36,010 bases of DNA from Thermoleophilia bacterium. Lineage in GTDB: Bacteria > Actinomycetota > Thermoleophilia > BMS3ABIN01. The stretch covers positions 1 to 36,010 of the forward strand of contig JAUSDE010000197.1 in assembly GCA_030650885.1 (NCBI GenBank). Reading direction: 5' to 3'. Positions 1 through 9,101 of the stretch are shown here, one piece after another (position 1 is the first letter of the stretch; every line of letters starts with the position of its first letter). The position numbers and the translations under genes were made by a program. A model generated the notes under the pieces. It was not told the DNA's origin and made no database searches. It saw only the letters and a program-made list of their open reading frames with translations.

Positions 1-1684
1 CATATACATCGCTGACCGGCAGGCCGTAATATTCAGGTCCGCCGGTCCCTCCTCCCGATGGAGCCTCCAGGTACCTGGTCATGATCGGACCCGCCACGAC
101 GCCATAAGCACCGACACCCGGGCCCCAATACACCTTGCCGCCGGTGAATTCACTCTCCCTGGCGCCGGTCACACCGGGAACATCTTCCTCGTCATCCAAG
201 GGAATCCCCAGCGAGCCTGCCGGACCGCCAAGCTGGTCATATTTTGTCAGGATGGCGCCGCGGACCAGGTAGGTTTCGCTCAGAGGCTGATTCCAGAAAA
301 GGCTCCCGAGCTGGAAACCGCACCGCTGCGAACCGCTGGCGCCGGCTATATCGAAAACATCGGTCGTCGGCACACCGATGACCGACACGCCGTCCATCTC
401 GAGGTAATGCTCCTCGATCTCACCGGAAACCATGTGAGCTCCACCCGAGGATGACCAGTAGATGCGATCGTTCTCGAAACGGCTCTCACGCCCTCCCCAA
501 CCTCCGGCGCCGAGCTCGTCGGTGACAGGCATGCCCAATGAGACCGGCCCGCCCTCTGACAGATATCTCGCCAGAATCGCGCCGCGCACCTCGTGAGAAC
601 TGGTTGTGCCCGACCAGTAGACACGCCCCCTGGAAAACTGGTTTTCGCGAGCTCCCGGGACACCGGCCACATCCTGCTCATCCGTGATTGGGAAACCAAG
701 CTCCACCGGGCCCCCCTTCTCGAGATATTTGCCAAGGATCCCACCATAAACAGCATGCGCGTTTGTAGTCGGATGCCAGTAGATTCTTCCCCCGGAAAAA
801 TCACCCTCACGGCCGCCAGCGATATCGTACTCGTCGCTCCTGGGAAAACCCATGATGCCGGCCTCCCGTCCAAACTGGTTGTATTTCGCCAGGATAGCGC
901 CGCGGATCCAGTAGACGCCGCCAGCCTGGTTCCAGACGATCCTTCCGTTCTCAAAGTCCTGGGCCTGGCCGATCAGCTGGCCATCCGCTGACGACACGGG
1001 ATATTCGGCGTTCAACGGCCGGCCTGGAGCCCAGTTCAGGCCGTCCCATTTGATCCGGATGCCACCGTTTATCGGAAATGCGATATACATGGGATCAGCC
1101 ATGTTCCAGATGCGGGTCACGTGGACTGCCAGGGCATCACCATATCCGACGCCCGGCACTGCCCACTGCCCACCCAGATCCCTCAGGATGCGCACGGTAT
1201 TGCGATGGCCGGTTCCGAAATGCCTGGGATCCCAGGTGGTGTTGCAGTACTCGTTGACGTGGGTTGGATATACATACCAGGCAAGATGCGCGTAATGGGC
1301 TATGACGCCGGCCTCGGCGCTCGCGAAAGAGTTGCCGGGATTACCGCCCCCCGTAGCCCCGATGCCGGCGAAGTTGTTCTGCCAGGGCCTGACGTCGCCG
1401 GTATAGCGGAGGTAATTGGTCTCGTGGAGCATCTGCGAAAAGGCGAGGTCCGCCTTGATGCCGAAGCGGCTTCCCCAGGTGACATATAACTGCGCGATCT
1501 GAGGATGGATGTGGCCGGGATTCACATAACTGAGTTCCGCGTCCAGCTGCGCTGCCGTCACCATCGAGTATCCGGCGATCGGCTCATCGGCCGTGACTGC
1601 ATTTGCCGTCCCGCTGAAACACCAGAAAGCGATGAACATCGCCAGAATCAGGATCGACCTGTATTTTTTCCCCGCCGGAATCAT
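1..1684 (-). CDS. Secreted peptidoglycan hydrolase: N-acetylglucosaminidase (GH73/Glucosaminidase-type) head plus LGFP repeats; 3' end runs off the left edge
   Basis: Absent from the ORF track because it is open at the window edge. Hand translation from the ATG at 1684..1682 gives MIPAGKKYRSILILAMFIAFWCFSGTANA (signal peptide). It continues ...AFSQMLHETNYLRYTGDVRPWQNNFAGIGATG... (glucosaminidase-like) and then LGFP-type repeats (IRIKWDGLNWAPG..., ILAKYNQFGREAGIMGFPRSDEY..., ILTKYDQLGGPAGSLGIPLDDEEDVPGVTGARESEF...). The last full codon ends at nt 2 (...GGPEYYGLPVSDVY). I saw no in-frame stop. An in-frame stop at 1753..1751 with no start codon in between fixes the ATG. Confidence 0.8.
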   Translation of the reverse strand, partial: MIPAGKKYRSILILAMFIAFWCFSGTANAVTADEPIAGYSMVTAAQLDAELSYVNPGHIHPQIAQLYVTWGSRFGIKADLAFSQMLHETNYLRYTGDVRPWQNNFAGIGATGGGNPGNSFASAEAGVIAHYAHLAWYVYPTHVNEYCNTTWDPRHFGTGHRNTVRILRDLGGQWAVPGVGYGDALAVHVTRIWNMADPMYIAFPINGGIRIKWDGLNWAPGRPLNAEYPVSSADGQLIGQAQDFENGRIVWNQAGGVYWIRGAILAKYNQFGREAGIMGFPRSDEYDIAGGREGDFSGGRIYWHPTTNAHAVYGGILGKYLEKGGPVELGFPITDEQDVAGVPGARENQFSRGRVYWSGTTSSHEVRGAILARYLSEGGPVSLGMPVTDELGAGGWGGRESRFENDRIYWSSSGGAHMVSGEIEEHYLEMDGVSVIGVPTTDVFDIAGASGSQRCGFQLGSLFWNQPLSETYLVRGAILTKYDQLGGPAGSLGIPLDDEEDVPGVTGARESEFTGGKVYWGPGVGAYGVVAGPIMTRYLEAPSGGGTGGPEYYGLPVSDVY

Positions 1685-1760
1685 CTTCGAACCAGCTTCT
1701 GATAGAGCTGCTCTACCATCGACTCCCCTTGAGATCGCCCAAACCTTGCCCTAATCAACA

Positions 1761-1794
1761 AAGGTCAGGAATCACATGTATGATTCCTGACCTT
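1761..1794 (-). terminator. Intrinsic-terminator-like hairpin between the BNR-LGFP gene and the next gene
   Basis: AAGGTCAGGAATCA-catgta-TGATTCCTGACCTT is a perfect 14-bp stem. It is T-rich on the plus-strand side (GTCGTTTTCTATTT) and has UUGUUGAUU on the minus-strand RNA. It lies ~135 nt downstream of the stop at 1929. Confidence 0.5.
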
Positions 1795-1928
1795 GTCGTT
1801 TTCTATTTCCGGATCTGCTCACCCCGGTTATATTAATTCATCCACCGATGCGGATTACCTTCACTGCTCTTGCTGATCACACGCTGATCAAGCTGGTCGA
1901 TCACGGTGCAGCTGAATTGGACCTAGCT

Positions 1929-4900
1929 CTATATGTAATCCACCCAGGTGCCGTAGAGCGCCCACCAGGTAATGAATCCATGCTCGAAGCGGCTGCGCGC
2001 GCCGCCACCCGGAAGTGCCAGCGGATATTCATCGGTGATCGGCAGGCCCAGTCGTCCCTGAGGTCCGCCGACTGACAAGTAGGTCACGTAGACGCCGCCA
2101 TTGACTATGTGAGAACCGGTGGTGCCTGACCAGTAGACCCTTCCATTCTCGAAGACAGCCGCAACTGCATCAGCATGGGCGGGCAATGCCGGCGACAACG
2201 GTGCCTCTTCACTTATGATCAGATGCAGGTATCCCGCGGGGCCGCCCGTCATCTGGTATTTGACCATGACGCCGCCGCGTACGAAATGTTCGTGATCACG
2301 GGGGTTCCATGTGAAGATCGCCTTTTGGAAGTTCTGTCCGAAGCCATCCCATGCTGAGAATGAGTCGCTGGTCGGTATACCCAGGTAGGCAGATCCGCTA
2401 TTGGCATCGAACATATTCAGGAAGTCCATCCTCGTTATGGCATAAGTGCCCACACCCGGGCCCCAGAAGATCCTGCCGCCGGTGAAACGGCTCTCGCGAG
2501 CGCCGGCGACTCCGGCGACATCCTGCTCGTCCGTGGTTGCCAGGCCCAGGGAACCCAGGGGACCTCCGGGTACTCCGCCTGTGGTCCTGTACTTGGCGAG
2601 GATACCGCCGACTACCGCGTATGCGGGGTTGGCGCCGTTACCATCCCAGGTGATTATCGCTTTTTGCAGGTTCTGCGCTTTGCCGCCGCTGGCATTAAAT
2701 TCGTCACCGGTCGGAATGCCATATGTAGCTGACCCTCCGCCGGAGGTGAACTTCGTACCGATAGCTCCAGAGACTCCGTAAGCGCCCACACCCGGGCCCC
2801 AATAGATCCTGCCGCCGGTGAAAGAGCTCTCCACGGCGCCGGAGACGCCAGGGGCTGGTCCCTCATCGCTTGTGGGAAAGCCGAACGCGCCAGTAGTTCC
2901 ACCAAGCGCTTCATACTTGGTCTGGATGGCGCCATGCACCCACCACACCGTTGTAGGACTGGCCGGACCCATTGCCGAGTTCCAGATCAGTCTGCCGTTA
3001 CTGAAGTCCTGGTATTTGCCGCCGGTTATCACATGCGCTACATCTACGGCGGTGCCAGGCAACCCACCCAGACTATCCCACTTTGCAATGAAGTCAGGAT
3101 CAGTAGCAACCGGTGCGAACTTCAGAATCGCGCCATTACCGCCTGCGGCATAAAATGCGTAATTAGGACCGTTCTGTCCGAATGCCACATTGTACAAAGG
3201 CACATCGGTTCCGGACGATTCGATCGACCATGTACCAGCCAGCCCGTTGTATTTACCTATCCTGCCTTCATCGGCTACCAGGTAACCGGTGGTCGTGTTC
3301 AGCATGGTGACCCCGGCGATAAGCTTGCTCGTCGGTGACGTCTGTTCGGTCCATGTCAAACCGCCGTCTGTCGTCTTGTAGACCCTTCCCGTCGTGACCG
3401 TACTGCCACCCGAGCTGTAAGAGTTATAACCCACAGCCCAGCCATAAGTTGCGTCGACCATATCGATCGAGGTGAAGAAGTTGACGTTGGTCTTGATAGT
3501 GGCGGGACTGTTCCAGTTGCCCCCGCTGTACTTCAGGATTATTCCCTTGGACCCCTGCCCTGTTGCGCATCCAGTGGGGCATGGAGCCGAACCGACAGCC
3601 CAGCCGTTAGTACTTGCGGTCGTATCGACTGAGTTCAGGCTGTAAGTCGCACTGGGAACCGACTTGGTCCATGTAGTGCCATCAGCTGTCTGCATGATGA
3701 CGCCTTCTTCACCGACAGCAAAGCCGTTGGTGTCATCACTCATCTTCACGGAGCTCAGATAGCTCGCCCCGCCAGGGGTCACAAGATCCATCTCCGACCA
3801 GGTGCCGCTATTGTACTTATACGCCTTCGCTACATTGGGTGAACCTAGTATGACGCCCACAGCGAACCCGAGTGAAGCATTCCTGAAATTGACTCCATGA
3901 AGAGCGACGTTGGAAGCAATTCCGGCATTGTCGCTTGACCAGGAACCGCCACCATTCGTTGTGTGGTTCACGGTCCCATTTTCTCCGACGGTCCAGCCAT
4001 TGAGGTCGGTCACAAAACTGGAGCTGAAATTCGAGAGAGCGTCGCCGCCGTTCTTTGGGCTCCAGGTGCTGCCCGAATCAGTCGAAGCCAGCACCAGTCC
4101 GGCCGCACCGCCGACATAGCCGGTCGCGCTTCCCGGTGCAAAGCTCGCGCTGATCATCATATTCGAAGTACCTGATGTCATGGCTGCAAGACCCGACGCC
4201 ACGGTATCGATCGGATCCGCCCAGATATTGACTGCGTTCTTCCTGATATTGCCGCCGGAGCCTGTGGTAACGAGATTAGTTCCACCCGGTAACGCTACGC
4301 TGGTAAGCACTGTTGAAATCGGCCCTGACGCTGTATTAGGAGTCCAGGTTTCGCCGCCATCCGTTGTCCTCAAAATCCTTCCTGAGGCGTCCCCTCCGAC
4401 TGCATAGCCATTGCTCGAGCCTGAGAAAGCCACGGCGCTCAGATTCGCAGTTGTATTGGAGGTCTTGGCTGTCCAGTTAACCCCACCGTTGATCGTCTTG
4501 TAAACAACACCTGAGCTACCGACCGCGACTGCGGTTGTAGTGTTCAACATCTGCACTGAAGACAGGTTGCTGGTGCCGGTGCCGTTGCCCTTAGCCCATG
4601 TAGCGCCGCCGTTGGACGTATAGAATGTAAATCCGTCGCCGACTGTCACGCCGTTGTTTGCATCAAAGAAATGAACGGCCCGAAACGTCGGTGGCGAGGT
4701 GTCATAGGGGGGTGAAAAAGCCGGCGTGATATTGATGTGCTGGTCGGTCCAGGTAGTGCCACCATCGCTCGTCTTCCAGATCGAAGCGTAATCACCAACA
4801 GCCCAGCCCACACTGGCGCTTATAAAGGAGACTCCACGCAGGGCGCAACCGCTGCCGATGTTTGTACCATGGCACGTATAGGCCGGTGTAGCAAAAGCCG

Positions 4901-5153
4901 ATGGTGTCTGGACCGTCCAGTTTGTGCCACCGTTTGTCGTCTTCATGACCGACCCGCCGCCGCCAACGGCCCATCCGTTCGAGGCATCAATAAACGACAT
5001 CGCATTTATGTTATTGCCCTGGACTGTGGGGCGTACCCATTCCCAGATTCCGTTACCGGTACTGACACCAGCCATCGCCATGGGCGCAAAAACCAGGAGG
5101 CCCAACAACGACAGCGCAAGCAAAATCTTTAGAGTCAAAAATCTCTTCTTCAT
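1929..5153 (-). CDS. Secreted BNR/Asp-box (Ycf48-like) beta-propeller protein with C-terminal LGFP repeat array
   Basis: 1074-aa ORF with signal peptide MKKRFLTLKILLALSLLGLLVFAPMAMA. About nine Asp-box motifs are present (TTNGGTNWT, TSDGGTTWT, TSNGGATWA, TINGGVNWT, TTDGGETWT, STDSGSTWS, TTNGGGSWS, TADGTTWT, TTDGGLTWT). The last ~390 aa (nt ~1932-3101) hold ~7 LGFP-type repeats. SD AAGGGG lies 5 nt upstream of the ATG. Confidence 0.85.
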   Translation of the reverse strand: MKKRFLTLKILLALSLLGLLVFAPMAMAGVSTGNGIWEWVRPTVQGNNINAMSFIDASNGWAVGGGGSVMKTTNGGTNWTVQTPSAFATPAYTCHGTNIGSGCALRGVSFISASVGWAVGDYASIWKTSDGGTTWTDQHINITPAFSPPYDTSPPTFRAVHFFDANNGVTVGDGFTFYTSNGGATWAKGNGTGTSNLSSVQMLNTTTAVAVGSSGVVYKTINGGVNWTAKTSNTTANLSAVAFSGSSNGYAVGGDASGRILRTTDGGETWTPNTASGPISTVLTSVALPGGTNLVTTGSGGNIRKNAVNIWADPIDTVASGLAAMTSGTSNMMISASFAPGSATGYVGGAAGLVLASTDSGSTWSPKNGGDALSNFSSSFVTDLNGWTVGENGTVNHTTNGGGSWSSDNAGIASNVALHGVNFRNASLGFAVGVILGSPNVAKAYKYNSGTWSEMDLVTPGGASYLSSVKMSDDTNGFAVGEEGVIMQTADGTTWTKSVPSATYSLNSVDTTASTNGWAVGSAPCPTGCATGQGSKGIILKYSGGNWNSPATIKTNVNFFTSIDMVDATYGWAVGYNSYSSGGSTVTTGRVYKTTDGGLTWTEQTSPTSKLIAGVTMLNTTTGYLVADEGRIGKYNGLAGTWSIESSGTDVPLYNVAFGQNGPNYAFYAAGGNGAILKFAPVATDPDFIAKWDSLGGLPGTAVDVAHVITGGKYQDFSNGRLIWNSAMGPASPTTVWWVHGAIQTKYEALGGTTGAFGFPTSDEGPAPGVSGAVESSFTGGRIYWGPGVGAYGVSGAIGTKFTSGGGSATYGIPTGDEFNASGGKAQNLQKAIITWDGNGANPAYAVVGGILAKYRTTGGVPGGPLGSLGLATTDEQDVAGVAGARESRFTGGRIFWGPGVGTYAITRMDFLNMFDANSGSAYLGIPTSDSFSAWDGFGQNFQKAIFTWNPRDHEHFVRGGVMVKYQMTGGPAGYLHLIISEEAPLSPALPAHADAVAAVFENGRVYWSGTTGSHIVNGGVYVTYLSVGGPQGRLGLPITDEYPLALPGGGARSRFEHGFITWWALYGTWVDYI

Positions 5154-5465
5154 GAATACCCCTTAGTGGAAATATATTGAGTCTCTGAATCAGGACAACC
5201 CGGGGGGAATAAATGTATCTCTAGTAATTGCTTCGGAGATTCGCCCGCATAATCAACTCGAAACCCGCTCTGATCACTGTATTATTCACCCGTTATAACG
5301 CATCTTTCCTGTGTAATAAAGGTACCTTCTTGCAAGAGCTAAATCAAGTTATACACAGTTTAAGCAATGTTGCGAAATATTACCTGATGCACCCTTTTTG
5401 AGTGATATTCATGCCATTTACACGCGAAGAAAATCTGAAAACGAAGAAACCGGCGCGGGTGATCC

Positions 5466-5912
5466 CTACATTACATCGATCCAGGTGCCATATAACGCGC
5501 CCCAGGTGACGAATCCATGCTGGAACTGGCTGCGCCTGCCGCCGCCCGGCAGGGCTATGGAGTATTCATCCGTTAACGGCAGTCCAAGGCGGGAGTTAGG
5601 GCCGCAGTTATTGGTCCCGGCATCGCAATAACCCATATATCTGATGTAGATGCCGCCGTTGACCGTATGTCCGCCTGTAACTGAAGACCAGTAAACATTC
5701 CCGTTCTGGAAAGTGTTCATTCTGGCTCCGGTGATACCGGGGACGACGCCGGGGACGTCCTTCTCTTCACCCGTAGCAAGGTGCAGGGCGCCCGTAGGAC
5801 CGCCGAGCAGCTGGTATTTGCCCATGATGCCTCCATAGACTGCGAAGGCTCCCAGGGCGTCGTTCCAGGTAATGATCGCATTTTGCATATTCTGGGCTTT
5901 GCCGTCCCAGGC
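5466..5912 (-). repeat. Conserved 3' LGFP tail module, copy 1 (last 148 codons of the CAP gene)
   Basis: Encodes AWDGKAQNMQNAIITW...GARMNTFQNGNVYWS...YCDAGTNNCGPNSRLGLPLTDEYSIALPGGGRRSQFQHGFVTWGALYGTWIDVM, closely matching copies 2 and 3. Confidence 0.8.
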
Positions 5913-7169
5913 TGCATATTCATCGCTGATCGGCAGGCCATAAGGCCCCGCAGGTCCGCCCTCGGCCATGTACTTTGTCATGACCGGACCTGCCGTGACA
6001 CCAAAAGCACCTACGCCCGGGCCCCAATAAACCGTACCGCCGGTGAATTCACTCTTCCTGGCGCCGGTCACACCGGGAACGTCGCCCTCACCAGCGGTCG
6101 TAAAACCTAACGGACCGGCCGGGCCACCCAGTATCTTGTATTTACCCATGATGCCGCCGACGACGGCATATACAGGATTCGATGTACCGTCCCAGGTCAA
6201 CGCCGCACGCTGGAAATACTGCGCCCTGCCACCCGCGGCGGCAAACTCGTCACCGACAGGCAGCCCATATGCTCCGGCGGGTCCGCCCTGTGCCAGGTAG
6301 CTATCTACGATAGCCGTCCCTGGAATAACGCTGAAAGCGCCAATGCCAGGTCCCCAGTAGACTGTGCCATTTGTGAATTCGGTCTTCCTGGCGCCCGCGA
6401 CTCCATTGACATCGCCTTCATCGCTTACAGGAAGGCCGAGCGGACTGTTCCAACTGCCGAGCTGGTCGAATTTGGTCAGGATGGCGCCTCGAACCCAGTA
6501 GACTTCATTCCTCGATTGGTTCCATACCAGCCTCCCGCTGACAAAGTCCTGATACGTGCCACCTGTCATTACCTGGGCATAATTTGTAGCGGGACCGGGA
6601 GCCCCACCAAGCGCATTCCATTTTCCCGCCACAGATGCGTCAATAGGATAGACCGGTGCTTCAGAAACACCGCCGAAGTCCGTCGTCCAGTACCAGCCAT
6701 AAGTAGAGCCAGGAACGTAGTACCTGCCGATGCCGATCGCCCGAAAGTTGGCACTGAGCATGTTGGCGTTGTGACCAGGTGAGGCGCGCCAGGCGACAAA
6801 GACATCAAATGCAGTGCCATAGCCTGCTGCGATATTTTCTCCCAGATATGTGTTGTATGTATAACCGGCATAGCGAATCCGATCCCAGGGAGTGACCCCC
6901 TGTGGATCATTGTGAGCGAAATAATTCCTCGCGCCCATATCGTAGCTATGCCCCTCGGAAGCGACATACAATGAATTGGAAAGAGTCAGTGGCCCCAGGC
7001 CATAAGCCGCGCGGTGATTGTTGATATAAGTCAGGAAAGCAAGCTCTTCGTTGTCATAAGCAGAGGCTGCCGGAACGACCGCGAGACTTACGAACAGGAC
7101 TATCATAAATACGGCGAACGCCGAGATCACAAACCGCGAAGAAATTATTTTCCCACCCGTGGCTACCAT
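5466..7169 (-). CDS. Secreted CAP/SCP (PR-1/YkwD-like) domain protein with LGFP repeat array
   Basis: 567-aa ORF with an N-terminal membrane/signal segment. The CAP-like block is NNHRAAYGLGPLTLSNSLYVASEGHSYDMGARNYFAHNDPQG...GENIAAGYGTAFDVFVAWRASPGHNANMLSANFRAIGIG (nt ~6672-7049). LGFP repeats run from aa ~176 to the C-terminus. SD GGGAG lies 6 nt upstream of the ATG. Confidence 0.85.
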   Translation of the reverse strand: MVATGGKIISSRFVISAFAVFMIVLFVSLAVVPAASAYDNEELAFLTYINNHRAAYGLGPLTLSNSLYVASEGHSYDMGARNYFAHNDPQGVTPWDRIRYAGYTYNTYLGENIAAGYGTAFDVFVAWRASPGHNANMLSANFRAIGIGRYYVPGSTYGWYWTTDFGGVSEAPVYPIDASVAGKWNALGGAPGPATNYAQVMTGGTYQDFVSGRLVWNQSRNEVYWVRGAILTKFDQLGSWNSPLGLPVSDEGDVNGVAGARKTEFTNGTVYWGPGIGAFSVIPGTAIVDSYLAQGGPAGAYGLPVGDEFAAAGGRAQYFQRAALTWDGTSNPVYAVVGGIMGKYKILGGPAGPLGFTTAGEGDVPGVTGARKSEFTGGTVYWGPGVGAFGVTAGPVMTKYMAEGGPAGPYGLPISDEYAAWDGKAQNMQNAIITWNDALGAFAVYGGIMGKYQLLGGPTGALHLATGEEKDVPGVVPGITGARMNTFQNGNVYWSSVTGGHTVNGGIYIRYMGYCDAGTNNCGPNSRLGLPLTDEYSIALPGGGRRSQFQHGFVTWGALYGTWIDVM

Positions 7170-7371
7170 GATTTTCTCCCTGACCTGAAAAGATTACTCA
7201 TGAGATAAGAATTCGTCGAAAAACATCAGCCTTAATCATGACTATCTACTTATTGAGTCGGCAGTGACGCCAGTCCGCTTTATTGAAGAGGGTTCGAAGC
7301 GAACATCTCAAAAGGGAAAGAGCCATCTACTCTTCAGCGAACATATTCGTTAAAGGTTACTCGACCGGCGC

Positions 7372-7818
7372 TTATCTGACATCGACCCAAGTGCCGTACC
7401 AGGCGCCCCAGGTGACGAAACCGTGCTGAAGCTGGCTGCGCCTGCCACCACCGGGCAGTGGAATCGAGTATTCGTCGGTTATGGGCAGGCCCAGGCGGGA
7501 GTTAGGGCCGCAGTTTGAGGTTCCGGCGTCGCAATAGGATTTGTACCTGACATAGATGCCACCGTTGATGGTGTGTCCGCCGGTAATTATCGACCAGTAG
7601 ACATCGCCGTTCTGGAACATATTCATCCTGGCGCCGGTCACACCCGGGACCACCCCGGGGACATCGATCTCATCGCTGGTCGCCAGATGCAACGGTCCCG
7701 TGGGGCCGCCCAACATCTGGTACTTGCCCATGATGCCGCCGTAGACCGCGTGAGCTCCCAGGCTGCTGTTCCAGGTTATGATCGCCTTCTGCATGTTCTG
7801 CGCTTTACCGTCCCAGGC
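7372..7818 (-). repeat. Conserved 3' LGFP tail module, copy 2 (GH26 gene)
   Basis: Encodes AWDGKAQNMQKAIITW...GARMNMFQNGDVYWS...YCDAGTSNCGPNSRLGLPITDEYSIPLPGGGRRSQLQHGFVTWGAWYGTWVDVR. The DNA aligns by eye with 9441-9887, with mostly scattered third-position differences. Confidence 0.8.
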
Positions 7819-9084
7819 GTTATAGGCATCGCTGACAGGCAGTCCATAATATGCCGGTCCGCCGGTCCCGCCACCCGATGGAGCCGCCAGGTACTTGGCA
7901 AGGATCTCGCCATTTACCCAGTAAACCGCGTTCGTCGACTGGTTCCAGAAGAGGCTGCCGTTACTGAAATCCTGGTACTTGCCGCCGGTTATTGTCTGCG
8001 CCACATCGAGAGCGGTACCGGGCGCGCCACCAAGGGCATTCCATTTCTCGGCAAAGGGAGCCTCGACTAAAACCGGTGGCTGTGTGTTGCCGTCATCAAT
8101 AATCGCGGCACGGAACGACTGCAGGCCGGCAGCGGAACTCTGGACTCTCCAGTCGGTTTCTTTATTGATATTGAACCAGGTCAGGCTGATGATGCGAGGG
8201 AATCTTGATGGCAGGGAAGCAAATGCGTCGGTGATCCAGCCGGCTTTCCCGCCATTGCCGGTATTGCCGCCCACCTCAGTCGTCGCTGTCTCGCAGATAA
8301 CAACGGATTTATCAGTGTTCGCGACGGCCACGTCATAACTGTAGCGAATGACCTCTTCAAAACTTTGCCAGGAAGATGTCCAATCCGGAGTATTGTAAAG
8401 AGTGCCCCAGTTGTATCCGTTTATTCCAATGAAATCCACGTAAGCATCGCCGGGATAGTAGGTATTAAAAGTTGCCTGGGCCGCGCTGGTGGAGCCATCG
8501 CGATTCGGCGACCAGACCCATTTGACGTTAGTCGCGCCTTCCTGGACAAAGATGTCGTGGACATGCCGCCAGGCAGGTATATAGTCCTGCGGTGAATTCC
8601 CGTTTGCGCTGCCACCCCATGTGACCCAGTCACCATTCATCTCGCTCATCGGGCGGAAATAGACCGGGTAGCCAAAATCCCTCAGCTGCCTGGCCCATCG
8701 CCTGATGTCGTTGTCGAAATCGCCGGCGGTTATTCTTGCAAGTCGATACTCGGGCTGATCGGTGGCGGGACGGCTGAAATCATGGGGCTCCCAGGCCAGC
8801 TGGATGATGCGGCCTTCCTGGGCCATCGGGAGAAAGGTGTCAGCGTAAAAATCCTCACTTATCGACTCATACCACAAAAAGACATCCGTCTGCCGGCCGA
8901 TGGAGCTTTCGAAATCGTGGAGATCTTCGACGGAAGGAAGCTGCTCGTCAGGGAATTGAGGATCGGGGAAGAAGACGCCGAGTTGCAGGGGGTTTGGTGC
9001 TGCATCCGCACTCGCGACAGCGGCCGTGGTAAAAAAGATACAGAACAGAACCGCCGCTAATATCGTAGCTATGACGCGAAACAT
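7372..9084 (-). CDS. Secreted GH26-type glycoside hydrolase (beta-mannanase-like) with LGFP repeats; start moved to the internal Met
   Basis: The ORF track gives 7372..9291 (639 aa). Its first 69 aa have no signal peptide and overlap a structured riboswitch-like leader. Met70 (ATG 9084..9082) begins MFRVIATILAAVLFCIFFTTAAVASADA (signal peptide) and follows a GAGGAGG SD. GH26-like motifs are YFRPMSEMNGDWVTWGG, YYPGDAYVDFIGINGYNWG and VVICETATTE (nt ~8107-8994). LGFP repeats run from EKWNALGGAPGTA to the end (nt ~7375-8064). Confidence 0.8.
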   Translation of the reverse strand: MFRVIATILAAVLFCIFFTTAAVASADAAPNPLQLGVFFPDPQFPDEQLPSVEDLHDFESSIGRQTDVFLWYESISEDFYADTFLPMAQEGRIIQLAWEPHDFSRPATDQPEYRLARITAGDFDNDIRRWARQLRDFGYPVYFRPMSEMNGDWVTWGGSANGNSPQDYIPAWRHVHDIFVQEGATNVKWVWSPNRDGSTSAAQATFNTYYPGDAYVDFIGINGYNWGTLYNTPDWTSSWQSFEEVIRYSYDVAVANTDKSVVICETATTEVGGNTGNGGKAGWITDAFASLPSRFPRIISLTWFNINKETDWRVQSSAAGLQSFRAAIIDDGNTQPPVLVEAPFAEKWNALGGAPGTALDVAQTITGGKYQDFSNGSLFWNQSTNAVYWVNGEILAKYLAAPSGGGTGGPAYYGLPVSDAYNAWDGKAQNMQKAIITWNSSLGAHAVYGGIMGKYQMLGGPTGPLHLATSDEIDVPGVVPGVTGARMNMFQNGDVYWSIITGGHTINGGIYVRYKSYCDAGTSNCGPNSRLGLPITDEYSIPLPGGGRRSQLQHGFVTWGAWYGTWVDVR

Positions 9085-9101
9085 GGGGAGCCAGGCCTCC
9101 T

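Noticed and set aside
346-991. ORF-track ORFs 346..954 (-) and 593..991 (+)
   Set aside because: Both lie inside the edge-truncated glucosaminidase-LGFP gene but in other frames. Their translations are low-complexity Arg/Ser/Pro-rich, while the third frame gives clean LGFP repeats. They are shadow ORFs of GC-rich coding DNA.
5154-5465. Sigma-54 promoters or riboswitches upstream of the other LGFP genes (also 1685-1928, 7170-7371, 12309-12521, 16116-16300)
   Set aside because: I scanned both strands by eye for GG-N10-GC elements with TGGCA/TTGC context and for GEMM-like blocks and found none. Only a weak sigma-70-like TTCGCA-N17-TATAAC (minus strand, 5348-5376) was seen, which is too weak to report.
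5466-5540. C-terminal ...HGF(V/I)TWxxxYGxWxx as a novel sorting signal
   Set aside because: It aligns with the normal end of an LGFP repeat (compare F-x-x-G-x-(I/V)-Y-W-x-x-x-x-G). It has no hydrophobic helix, LPxTG motif or charged tail. It is simply the last repeat ending at the protein terminus.
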